This document shows, piece after piece, positions 18,393 through 27,521 of a DNA stretch of 64,000 nucleotides (positions are counted from its first letter, which is position 1; each line of letters begins with the position of its first letter). Under the pieces are notes generated by a model. The model was given only the letters and a program-made list of their open reading frames with translations, did not search any database and was not told the DNA's origin. Both the position numbers and the translations under genes were made by a program. Source of the DNA: an uncultured Mycoplasmatota bacterium (GTDB taxonomy: Bacteria; Bacillota_I; Bacilli_A; RF39; UBA660); assembly GCA_946414095.1 (NCBI GenBank), contig CAMKNB010000003.1, positions 2,161-66,160 on the forward strand. Direction: 5' to 3'.

Positions 18393-19388
18393 ATGTTAAA
18401 AGTAGCAATTAATGGTTTTGGAAGAATAGGTAGAACAGCACTTAGATTATTACAAGATGATAAAGATATTGAAGTTGTAGCAATCAACGATTTAACTGAT
18501 GCAGAACAACTTGCATATCTTTATAAATATGATTCAGTTCATAGAACAGTTAATTATAGAGTAAATTATGATGAAGAAGGATTAATTGTTAAGGATAAGA
18601 AAATAAAAGTATTTAAGGAAATGGATCCAACTAATTTGCCATGGAAGGAACTAGGGGTAGATGTTGTACTTGAATGTACTGGAGTGTTTACTTCTGCTGA
18701 AAAATGTCAGGCACATTTAGATGCTGGGGCAAAACATGTAATAATTAGTGCTCCTGCTAAAGATGAAGTTAAGACTATTGTATATGGAGTAAATCATGAA
18801 GAATTAAATAAAAATGATAAAGTTATTAGTGCAGCAAGTTGTACTACTAATTGTCTTGCTCCAGTTGTTAAATTAATAGATGATAAATACAAAGTAGTTA
18901 AGGGATTTATGACTACAGTTCACGCTATGACTAATGATCAAGAAACATTAGATATTCCACATAAAAAAGGAATTTCATCAAGACGTGGTAGAGCTGCTTC
19001 ATTAAATATTGTTCCAACTTCTACAGGAGCTGCTTCTCAAATTGGAAAAGTAATACCACATTTAAAAGGCAAAATGGATGGAGTTGCATTTAGAGTACCA
19101 GTTGGAGATGGAAGTGTAGTTGATATTACTTTAGAACTTGAAAAACCAGTTACTAAAGAAAATATTAATAATATGTTTAAATCATCTCAAAGTAAAACAT
19201 TAAAATATACAGAAGATCCAATTGTAAGTAGTGATATTATTGGAGAAGAGTGTGGAGCAACAGTAGATGGACTTCTAACTAATGTTGTTGAAAGTGATGG
19301 AAAACAACTTCTTAAAGTAGTAGCTTGGTATGATAATGAAGTTGGTTATACTGCTCAAATGATAAGAACAATGAAATTATTTATGTAA
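18393..19388 (+). CDS. gap: Type I glyceraldehyde-3-phosphate dehydrogenase
   Basis: INGFGRIGR Rossmann motif, catalytic SCTTNCLAP, TTVHAMTNDQ and WYDNE. Confidence 0.95.
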   Translation: MLKVAINGFGRIGRTALRLLQDDKDIEVVAINDLTDAEQLAYLYKYDSVHRTVNYRVNYDEEGLIVKDKKIKVFKEMDPTNLPWKELGVDVVLECTGVFTSAEKCQAHLDAGAKHVIISAPAKDEVKTIVYGVNHEELNKNDKVISAASCTTNCLAPVVKLIDDKYKVVKGFMTTVHAMTNDQETLDIPHKKGISSRRGRAASLNIVPTSTGAASQIGKVIPHLKGKMDGVAFRVPVGDGSVVDITLELEKPVTKENINNMFKSSQSKTLKYTEDPIVSSDIIGEECGATVDGLLTNVVESDGKQLLKVVAWYDNEVGYTAQMIRTMKLFM

Positions 19389-19411
19389 AAGAGATTGTAA
19401 TCTCTTTTTTT
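19387..19411 (+). terminator. Intrinsic terminator after gap
   Basis: Stem aaaagaga / tctctttt around the loop ttgtaa, then a T-run. Confidence 0.55.
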
Positions 19412-19439
19412 ATATATTAAAATTATAATAGGTGATAGT

Positions 19440-21386
19440 ATGAAAAATAAAAAGGGATTTACTCTTGTTGAATTACTAGCAGTAATAGCAATACTAGCAA
19501 TACTTGTAATTTTAGCGCTACCAAATATAATGGGAATGTTTAATAATGCTAAGAAGAGTTCATTTTTAACTGAAATTAAAAGAATATATCGAGGAGCAGA
19601 ACAAGAATATGTTAAAGATTCTTTTAATACTTCAGGATCAAAAGTTTATTCTAAATGTAAAAGTGGATGTACATCTATGTTAGATATGGATGTTAGGGAT
19701 GATTTAGAATATTATATTGAAATTAATAATAGTGGAAAAGTTGTTAAGTATTATGCAAAAGATAATTCATATCAATTTAAATATGAAGGTGAAATGACTA
19801 TAAACGATATTAAAGACGCAGTTTCAATAGCCGATTTACAAGGCCCACAACTATTAATAATCAATGATGGTGTTGAAACTATTTATCCGGAACCAGCAAG
19901 CAGTGATTATTATTTAATGGCTAGCTCTTCATCAAGTTCAGGTAATTTCTTAGGAACTAATATACAAAAGAATAAAATTGAAAAAATTACTTTTGTCACA
20001 TCAATTAGTGGCCATACTGCTAATGGAGTAGATTGCTTTGACCTTAGTAAAGGATCTAATGGTTCTGTTCTTGGATGGGCAACTGATATTGATAGCAATG
20101 GGCTATATGAACTTACTATTGGATCTAATGGACAAGTATATATTTCTAGTGGTCAATATTTATTTTATGGTTTAACTAACTTGACAAATATTGAAGGAAT
20201 GGAAAATTTAAATATCTCCAAAACTAATACACTATATATGATGTTTTATGATTGTTCTAAACTTACTAGTATTGATGTAAGTCATTTTGATACAAGGCAT
20301 ATAACTAACATGGGATATTTGTTTTCAGGATGTTCTAGCTTAACAAGTTTAGATTTAAGTAATTTTGATACATCAAATGTAACTAATATGACATATATGT
20401 TTCGAAACTTTACACTAGCAAATCTAAATATAAGCAGTTTTAATACATCTAAGGTAACTAACTTTATGGGTATGTTTTATAACTGTAAAGGATTAACAAG
20501 TTTAAACTTAAGTCATTTCGACACAAGTGCTGCAACAAATATGAAACAAATGTTTAGTGGTTGTAGTAATCTAACAAGTTTAAATATAAGTAGTTTTAAT
20601 ACATCAAATGTAACTGATATGTCTGCTATGTTTTATAATTGCTCTAGTTTAACAAGTTTAGATGTAAGTCATTTTAATACAAGCAAAGTAATTAATATGA
20701 GTGATATGTTTAGAAGTTGTTCAAAATTAACAAGTATAAATGTAAGTGGATTTGATACTAATAGAGTTACAGACATGCATAGAATGTTTGCTGACTGCTA
20801 TAGGGTTACAAGTTTAGATGTAAGTCATTTTAGCACAAGTAGAGTTACTGATATGAATTATATGTTTTATGATTGTGCTAATTTAACAAGTTTAGATTTA
20901 AGTAGTTTTGATACATCTAAAGTAACTGACATGTCTTTCATGTTTAGTAAATGTATTAAATTAACATCATTAAATCTAAATAGTTTCACTAATCCATTAG
21001 TAACAAATATAAACGATATGTTTAGTGATTGTACTCAATTAGCAAGTATAAGTTTTGGAAATTTTAATACATCAAATGTTATATACATGAATAATGTATT
21101 TGAAAATTGCAAAGCATTAACTTCTCTTAACTTAAGTAGTTTTAATACATCTAAAGTTCAATATACAAAGAGTATGTTTAATGATTGTAGTAATTTAAAA
21201 ACGATATATGTTAATGATACATTTAATATTTCTAGTTTATCTTCATCTAATTCAACATTAATGTTTTATGGAGATACAAAATTAGTTGGTGGATCTGGAA
21301 CTAGATATAGTAGTTCTAAAACTGATAAAACATATGCTAGGATTGATGAAGGTACTTCTAATCCTGGATATTTTACACAAGATTGA
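19440..21386 (+). CDS. Modular type IV pilin-like protein with C-terminal BspA-type leucine-rich-repeat (26-residue repeat) domain
   Basis: Class III signal MKNKKG|FTLVELLAVIAILAILVI, with Gly at -1, Phe at +1 and Glu at +5. A ~125-aa pilin-like module comes next, then about 14 repeats of the F.xC.xLTSLDLSxFDTSxVTxMxxMF type. The protein ends in the ARIDEGTSNPGYFT motif. Confidence 0.8.
   Translation: MKNKKGFTLVELLAVIAILAILVILALPNIMGMFNNAKKSSFLTEIKRIYRGAEQEYVKDSFNTSGSKVYSKCKSGCTSMLDMDVRDDLEYYIEINNSGKVVKYYAKDNSYQFKYEGEMTINDIKDAVSIADLQGPQLLIINDGVETIYPEPASSDYYLMASSSSSSGNFLGTNIQKNKIEKITFVTSISGHTANGVDCFDLSKGSNGSVLGWATDIDSNGLYELTIGSNGQVYISSGQYLFYGLTNLTNIEGMENLNISKTNTLYMMFYDCSKLTSIDVSHFDTRHITNMGYLFSGCSSLTSLDLSNFDTSNVTNMTYMFRNFTLANLNISSFNTSKVTNFMGMFYNCKGLTSLNLSHFDTSAATNMKQMFSGCSNLTSLNISSFNTSNVTDMSAMFYNCSSLTSLDVSHFNTSKVINMSDMFRSCSKLTSINVSGFDTNRVTDMHRMFADCYRVTSLDVSHFSTSRVTDMNYMFYDCANLTSLDLSSFDTSKVTDMSFMFSKCIKLTSLNLNSFTNPLVTNINDMFSDCTQLASISFGNFNTSNVIYMNNVFENCKALTSLNLSSFNTSKVQYTKSMFNDCSNLKTIYVNDTFNISSLSSSNSTLMFYGDTKLVGGSGTRYSSSKTDKTYARIDEGTSNPGYFTQD
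20157..21215 (+). repeat. About 14 tandem 75-78-nt coding repeats (LRR units) inside the first pilin-like gene
   Basis: The periodicity is read from the translation (CSKLTSIDVSHFDT / CSSLTSLDLSNFDT / CKGLTSLNLSHFDT and so on). Confidence 0.85.
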
Positions 21387-21459
21387 TTGTACTTTATTAA
21401 AAAAAGAAAAATTATTCATTTTTCTTTTTTTATATGCTATTATTATGATAGGTGATAGT

Positions 21460-22521
21460 ATGAAAAATAAAAAAGGTTTTACTCTTGTAGAATTACTAGC
21501 AGTAATAGCAATACTAGCAATACTTGTAATTTTAGCGCTACCAAATATAATGGGAATGTTTAATAATGCTAAGAAGAGTTCATTTATAACTGAAGCAAAA
21601 AGAATATTTAGAGGTGCTAGTGAGAATTATGTTAAGGATTCATTTAATTCATCTGGATCTAAAGTTTATTCAAAATGTAAAGAAGGATGCAATAATGAAC
21701 TTGATATGGATGTAAGGGATGACTTAGATTATTATATTGAAATAAATAGTAGTGGAAAAGTTGAAAAGTATTATTTAAGAGATAATTCATATCAATTTAT
21801 ATACGAAGGTGAAATGACTATAAATGATATTAATGATGCAGAAGTATTGGGAAATTTAGACAAATCTAATATTATAAATATTAGTGATGAAGGATTTTAT
21901 TTTGGAAAAGAGCCATCATGTAAAAACAAATTAGTAACAACTCGAGGTAGTTTTTCTGACGAACTTGATGTTAAGGAAATATGTTTTAATTTAGTTAATG
22001 ATGGTTATGTTTATCAGAATCAAGATACTGGTTGGTTTCAACAGTACAGTGACAGATACAAATATTTAGCAATAATTGTTCCATATGGTAATTTACAAGA
22101 AAATTCTTTTATAAGAGTTTATGAAGATTCAACTAAAAATAAATTATTAACAGAAATAACTTACAATGATAAAAAATTATCTAGAATAAATATAAATGAT
22201 ATGAATGATTACAATAGTGAAACTAGTGTAGTTAAAATAATAGGTGAATACTTAAAAGAAAATGTATATATTGAAAAATCAGAAGGATTAAGTTATAGTC
22301 TATCATATACATATGAAAATGCTGCATCTGCTAATAAGATTTATAGTGGTCCATGGATAACTGATGAATATGTTATTAACCAAATTAATACATTAAAAAG
22401 AAATTTATCAAAAATGAATTATTATGTTACTGGAATAAGCAAATGTAATATAGAGGAAGCTAATTGTTCACGCTACACATATCAAGTAGATTCGGTCTAT
22501 AAAGATTCTATTAAAAAATAA
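21460..22521 (+). CDS. Modular type IV pilin-like protein, unique C-terminal domain
   Basis: Same prepilin signal and ~125-aa N-terminal module as the gene at 19440. The ATG at 21460 follows AGGTGA. The track ORF from 21286 runs through the upstream terminator. I recognised no family for the ~225-aa C-terminal part. Confidence 0.75.
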   Translation: MKNKKGFTLVELLAVIAILAILVILALPNIMGMFNNAKKSSFITEAKRIFRGASENYVKDSFNSSGSKVYSKCKEGCNNELDMDVRDDLDYYIEINSSGKVEKYYLRDNSYQFIYEGEMTINDINDAEVLGNLDKSNIINISDEGFYFGKEPSCKNKLVTTRGSFSDELDVKEICFNLVNDGYVYQNQDTGWFQQYSDRYKYLAIIVPYGNLQENSFIRVYEDSTKNKLLTEITYNDKKLSRININDMNDYNSETSVVKIIGEYLKENVYIEKSEGLSYSLSYTYENAASANKIYSGPWITDEYVINQINTLKRNLSKMNYYVTGISKCNIEEANCSRYTYQVDSVYKDSIKK

Positions 22522-22541
22522 TAATTCAAGAGGAGAAATAT

Positions 22542-23807
22542 ATGAAAAATAAAAAAGGATTTACATTAGTAGAACTACTAGCAGTAATAGCGATACTAGC
22601 AATACTTGTAATAATAGCACTTCCAAATATAATGGGGATGTTTAATAGTGCAAAAGAAAGTACATTTATTACTGAACTTAAAAAAATATATAGAGGAGCA
22701 GAAGAAAAATATGTAAAAGATTCATTTAATAGTTCAGGAGCAAAGATATATTCAAAGTGTAGTGGATGTACAAATGAACTAGATATGCAAGTTAGAGATG
22801 ATCTTGAGTATTATATTGAGGTTAATAGTAGTGGAAAAATTGTCAAATACTATGCTCATGATAATTCATATCAATTTTCATATGATGGTGAAATGACTAT
22901 AAATGATATTGATAATATAAAAAATATATCAAACTTAAATGAGGACGAAAAAATAAAAATATCATCTTCTGGTGCAACCTCAATTGGTAAAGAAAAAATT
23001 GTTTGTAAAAGAGCAAAAACTCTGCATAGTGAAATTTGTACTAGTGGATTTTATTCTAGTGGAAGATATAATGGTTATTGTAAAGCTGCTGGATATACTA
23101 GCAATGGTTCTAAAGCGACAACTACAATTACTTATGGTAGTATAGGAACTAATGGAGTACTTAATCCTGGTGATGCGTTTGATTGTGATGTAAACAGCGA
23201 TGGTATATATAATCCTGAAACAGAGAGATTTTATTATGTTTCTCCAAAGGATGGAGATAATTCTAGTGATACTGTTGTATTGATATATTATGCTAATGTA
23301 GCAAATGGAATAGAGGATAATATAACAAAATATGCGTATGGAGATATTTTTTGTGATGGTCCAAATGTTGGATACTTACAATTACCAACAACTAGTCAAT
23401 GGAATAATAAATATTTAAAAAATAATTTTGAAAGACAAATTAAAACCATATCAGGTGGCACAATAATTGATCACGATAGTGGTATATATAATTTACCAAT
23501 TTTTGTATATAATAATAGGGCTGCAAGATTTTTGACTTACCAAGAATTTAGAAGCGGGTGTAATAATGGCAATATTACTACTAATGGAGATTTAGATAAA
23601 TGCATCTTTTTTATGGAAAACACATCATTTGCTAATAGTGAAAAGGCATCAGGATTTTGGCTTGAAAATTGGTCATCTAGTGTATATTATGTATATGGGA
23701 CAAATGGATTTGTTCGTCGCGTATCTTCTATTGATGTTCCAACTAATAGCAATACTGTAGGTATACGTCCAGCCATTGAACTAAAAAAGAATAATTTAGA
23801 ATACTAA
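22542..23807 (+). CDS. Modular type IV pilin-like protein, Cys-rich C-terminal domain ending in a GIRPAIEL module
   Basis: Same prepilin signal and N-terminal module, though more diverged at the nucleotide level. GAGGAG SD. The C-terminal ~290 aa differ from both neighbouring pilin-like genes. Confidence 0.75.
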   Translation: MKNKKGFTLVELLAVIAILAILVIIALPNIMGMFNSAKESTFITELKKIYRGAEEKYVKDSFNSSGAKIYSKCSGCTNELDMQVRDDLEYYIEVNSSGKIVKYYAHDNSYQFSYDGEMTINDIDNIKNISNLNEDEKIKISSSGATSIGKEKIVCKRAKTLHSEICTSGFYSSGRYNGYCKAAGYTSNGSKATTTITYGSIGTNGVLNPGDAFDCDVNSDGIYNPETERFYYVSPKDGDNSSDTVVLIYYANVANGIEDNITKYAYGDIFCDGPNVGYLQLPTTSQWNNKYLKNNFERQIKTISGGTIIDHDSGIYNLPIFVYNNRAARFLTYQEFRSGCNNGNITTNGDLDKCIFFMENTSFANSEKASGFWLENWSSSVYYVYGTNGFVRRVSSIDVPTNSNTVGIRPAIELKKNNLEY

Positions 23808-23834
23808 AAGATAGATTGCTATCTTTTTATTTTG
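23807..23834 (+). terminator. Intrinsic terminator after pilin cassette
   Basis: Stem aaagatag / ctatcttt with a 4-nt loop, then a T-rich tail. Confidence 0.6.
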
Positions 23835-23900
23835 TAAATTTCCAAATTTTGGTGGAATAAAAATTATATATATAGTATAATAATATAGGAGTTAGTAGAT

Positions 23901-26828
23901 ATGAAGTTTAATATAAAGAAGTTTAAAAATAATAGTATGTTTTTTATAGTATCTGCATTAGTATTAGTAGTGTTATCATTACTAAGTTTTTTGATTGACA
24001 GAAGTAGTAATACTTATGAAAAGAAAGATTTAAATGACAAAGATATAAATATAAATAAACTTGTATTAAATGAAATAATGACATCTAATAAGGGTGTTAT
24101 AGCTGATGAAGATGGTAAACTCTATGATTATTTAGAAATATATAATGGAAATGATAAAGATATTAATTTAAATGGATATGGTCTTAGTGATGAAGACACT
24201 AAAGCTAAATTCGTATTTGGTGATATAACTATTAAAGCTAAATCATATTTAGTTGTGTATTTAAGTGGAACATCTAAAGGTGGTGTTCATGCTAATTTTA
24301 AATTAAAAAGTGGTGGAGGAGAAGTAGTAGCACTACTTAAACCTAATGGTAAAGCAGTTGATGCAATTGAAACTGTTGAACTATCTAGTAATAATGTTAT
24401 GGCTAGAGATGAAAATGGTTCATGGGTAATTATGGAAAAACCTACACCGGGATTCTCAAATAATATAAGTGGTTATAATGCGTTTTTAGATTCATTAAAG
24501 AGTGAAGAAAAGGGAAATTTACAAATAAATGAAATACTTGCAAGCAATAAAGGAAACTTTAAAAATCAATCTGGTGAATATAGTGGTTATATTGAAATTA
24601 AGAATATAAGTGATAAGAGTGTTAATCTTGATGGATATAGTTTATCAAATGATGAAAGTGTTAGTTTTAAATGGCAATTTCCTAATACTACATTAGGTAG
24701 CGGAGACGTTATTGTAGTATATACAAGTGGTGTTAGTAGTAAAGAAGGAGAACTTAGTACTTCGTTTAAACTAAAGAGTAAAAATGGTGATGTAGTTTTA
24801 AGTAATAAAGAAGGAAAAGTAATAGATAGAATCAAATATGAAAATCTTGGTAATGGAATTGCATTAATTAAACAAGGAGACAAATTATTAGAGAATAATT
24901 CTATTTCTCCTGGATATGATAATACTGTGGATGGAATTAAAAGTTTCCAAAAGAAGTATTTATCTAATCCTAAAGATTTAATGATTAATGAAGTTATGAA
25001 TTCTAATTATTCACATTTAGCACAAAATGGTGGTAATTATTATGATTGGATAGAACTATATAATAATAGTGGTAGTACGATAAAACTTAGTGATTATTGT
25101 TTAACTACTAATACAAATACTATATGTATGTATACTCTTCCAGATGTTGAACTTGGAAAGGGAGAATACTATGTGGTAATGGCTTCAGGTGATGAAAAAC
25201 TATCTAATAGTAAGTATAAACATACTAATTTTAAATTATCTGATACTGAAGGCATTTATTTAGTTAAATCTAAAACAATTGTTGATTCAATGTTAATGGC
25301 AAATATACCTACTGGTTACTCAATGGGAAGAGGGGACTCATACGGAATTTATTATTTCAGCAAACCAACTCCTAAAGAGAAAAATGGTAGTGGAACAGAG
25401 GCTGTGTCGTATTTACCAAGTGCTTCAGTTAAAAGTGGAGCATATAATGATAAAAAAAGTATAGAAGTATCCTTGAGCGGATACGGAAATATATACTATA
25501 CTACTGATGGTAGTAAACCAACAACTTCATCTAATATATACAGTAGTCCTCTTACTATTAAGAAGACTACTGTTTTAAGAATAATGAGTAAAGAGAGTGG
25601 AAAACTTAAAAGTGACACTGAGACTTATTCATATATTATGAATGAAAACCATAAATTGCCAATACTAAGCCTTGCTATTAATAGTAGTGATTTATACAAT
25701 GTAAATGTTCATACTGCTTTAAACAGTAGTGTAATAGAGCCAGTAAATGTTACTTTAATTGAAAAAGATGGCAGTGGTTTTAATATAAATGGTGGACTTA
25801 AACTATTTGGTGGATCTACTAGAAGCTATAGAAAGAAAAGCTATGAAATTAAATTTAAAAAGAAATATGGAGATGCGCATTTAAATTATAAATTATTTGA
25901 TACTGTTGATAGTTCAGTATTTGAATCAATTGTACTTAGAACTGGTTCTCAAGATGAATTTCAATATTCTAAGAGAGTTATAATAAGAGATATAGTTGCA
26001 ACGTCTTTAATGCATGATTTTACTAAGGTAGATGTTCAAGCATATAAACCAGTTGTTGTTTATATTAATGGTAAATATTGGGGATTATATTTTATCCGTG
26101 AAAAAGTTGATGAAAATTTTGTTGCTAATCATTATAATGTTAAAACAACAGAAAAAGATACTGATATTTTAAGAATTGATGGAGAAGTTAAAAGTGGTAG
26201 TAGTAAAGCATATAATTCTATGATGAGTTTTATCAATAATAATTCACTTGCTAATAAGAATAATTATGCTAAGATTAAGGAACAAATAGATATTGAAAAT
26301 TTATGTGATTTTTGGATAGCTGAGATATGGACGAACAATTATGATATTGTAAATACTAGATATTTTAGAAATCCTAATGTTGACAATGGTAAATGGAAGT
26401 TTGTTTTCTATGATTTGGATAGTGGATTTTATGTAGATTATGGAAGAGAAGGAAATTCGTTTAATTATTACACAAAAACATCTGGTATTGGATATGGTAA
26501 TTTTAGTACAGCATTGCTTAGAAATTTAATGAAGAGTAGTGAATTTAAGAAAACTTTTTTAGAAAGATTATCTTATAATCTTAATAATACATGGTCTACT
26601 AAAAATATTAGTAAAAAAATAGATGATGTAATAGCTGAAATAGGAAAAGATGAAATAAAGAGAAATTTAAGTAGATGGAATGTTTGTTCTTATAGTGAAT
26701 GGGAAAATCATGTTAAGGATTTGAAATCATTTTCTAAATCAAGAACTACATCTATCATTAAGGAAGCTAAGTCATATTTTAATTTATCTAGTAGTGATGT
26801 TAAGAAGTATTTTGGTGATGTGAAATGA
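23901..26828 (+). CDS. Membrane-anchored CotH kinase family protein with three lamin-tail-like domains
   Basis: N-terminal TM (MFFIVSALVLVVLSLLSFLI). Three LTD-like repeats (LNEIMTSNKG..YLEIYN, INEILASNKG..YIEIKN, INEVMNSNYS..WIELYN). A YYTTDGSKPTTSS chitobiase-C-like module. C-terminal CotH-like region (VLRTGSQDE..., VVYINGKYWGLYFIREKVDENF, FVFYDLDSGF). Confidence 0.75.
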   Translation: MKFNIKKFKNNSMFFIVSALVLVVLSLLSFLIDRSSNTYEKKDLNDKDININKLVLNEIMTSNKGVIADEDGKLYDYLEIYNGNDKDINLNGYGLSDEDTKAKFVFGDITIKAKSYLVVYLSGTSKGGVHANFKLKSGGGEVVALLKPNGKAVDAIETVELSSNNVMARDENGSWVIMEKPTPGFSNNISGYNAFLDSLKSEEKGNLQINEILASNKGNFKNQSGEYSGYIEIKNISDKSVNLDGYSLSNDESVSFKWQFPNTTLGSGDVIVVYTSGVSSKEGELSTSFKLKSKNGDVVLSNKEGKVIDRIKYENLGNGIALIKQGDKLLENNSISPGYDNTVDGIKSFQKKYLSNPKDLMINEVMNSNYSHLAQNGGNYYDWIELYNNSGSTIKLSDYCLTTNTNTICMYTLPDVELGKGEYYVVMASGDEKLSNSKYKHTNFKLSDTEGIYLVKSKTIVDSMLMANIPTGYSMGRGDSYGIYYFSKPTPKEKNGSGTEAVSYLPSASVKSGAYNDKKSIEVSLSGYGNIYYTTDGSKPTTSSNIYSSPLTIKKTTVLRIMSKESGKLKSDTETYSYIMNENHKLPILSLAINSSDLYNVNVHTALNSSVIEPVNVTLIEKDGSGFNINGGLKLFGGSTRSYRKKSYEIKFKKKYGDAHLNYKLFDTVDSSVFESIVLRTGSQDEFQYSKRVIIRDIVATSLMHDFTKVDVQAYKPVVVYINGKYWGLYFIREKVDENFVANHYNVKTTEKDTDILRIDGEVKSGSSKAYNSMMSFINNNSLANKNNYAKIKEQIDIENLCDFWIAEIWTNNYDIVNTRYFRNPNVDNGKWKFVFYDLDSGFYVDYGREGNSFNYYTKTSGIGYGNFSTALLRNLMKSSEFKKTFLERLSYNLNNTWSTKNISKKIDDVIAEIGKDEIKRNLSRWNVCSYSEWENHVKDLKSFSKSRTTSIIKEAKSYFNLSSSDVKKYFGDVK

Positions 26829-27511
26829 AAAAGTATAAATATAGACATGAATTAAAGTTTAAAATATCTAATTCTGCGGCTGAGGTATTAAAACAAAAAC
26901 TATCATTAATATTAGATAAAGATAATAATGCTTATTATGAAGATGGATCATATTTAATTAAAAGCTTATATTTTGATGATTTGAATTCTAATTCATATTA
27001 TGAAAAAATGGATGGAATATTATATAGGAAAAAATATAGAATTAGAATATATAATAATGATGATAGTTTCATAAGACTTGAGAAAAAAATGAAACATAAT
27101 AATATGACTGCTAAGGAACAAATGTTGATTTCAAAAGATATATATAGTAAAATATTAAATGGTAAAATAAATGATATTGATGATGCTGAAGGTTTGTTAC
27201 TTGAATTTTTAACAGATACTAAAGTACTTGGACTAATACCTTCAATAATAGTAGGTTATCATAGAACTGCATTTATTTATCCGATAAGTGATGTTAGAAT
27301 TACATTTGATTCTAATATTGAAAGTGGGCTTTATAATTATGATTTGTTTGATAATAAGATGCCTACATATAGAGTTGATGAACCTGGTAAACAGGTGTTA
27401 GAAGTAAAATTTAATGAAGTATTACCTTTACATATTGCATCAATATTAGCTGATATTCCTTCGTGTAGGGAAGCAGTTAGTAAATTTGCAATATGCAGAA
27501 GTATTAAATAA
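26825..27511 (+). CDS. VTC-domain (triphosphate tunnel, polyphosphate polymerase-like) protein
   Basis: 228 aa beginning KYRHELKFKIS (ExK tunnel signature), with further E/K/R strands (YRIRIYN, IRLEKKMK, VLEVKF). The start overlaps the CotH stop (ATGA). Confidence 0.6.
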   Translation: MKKYKYRHELKFKISNSAAEVLKQKLSLILDKDNNAYYEDGSYLIKSLYFDDLNSNSYYEKMDGILYRKKYRIRIYNNDDSFIRLEKKMKHNNMTAKEQMLISKDIYSKILNGKINDIDDAEGLLLEFLTDTKVLGLIPSIIVGYHRTAFIYPISDVRITFDSNIESGLYNYDLFDNKMPTYRVDEPGKQVLEVKFNEVLPLHIASILADIPSCREAVSKFAICRSIK

Positions 27512-27521
27512 GGAGTGAATT

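Noticed and set aside
20157-21215. A regular ~75-78-nt periodicity that could superficially resemble a repeat/spacer array.
   Set aside because: It is in frame inside a long ORF and encodes LRR units. There are no conserved direct repeats separated by unique spacers and no cas genes. I saw no CRISPR array anywhere in the window.
21286-21459. N-terminal extensions suggested by the ORF track for several genes. These are the ORFs starting at 21286, 5669, 8632, 10680, 11621, 15617, 30559, 33108, 39900 and 48086.
   Set aside because: The extensions run through upstream terminators or overlap the preceding gene. Internal ATGs with good SD spacing give canonical N-termini, for example [31 protein letters not shown] and MKKIILLILDGFG.
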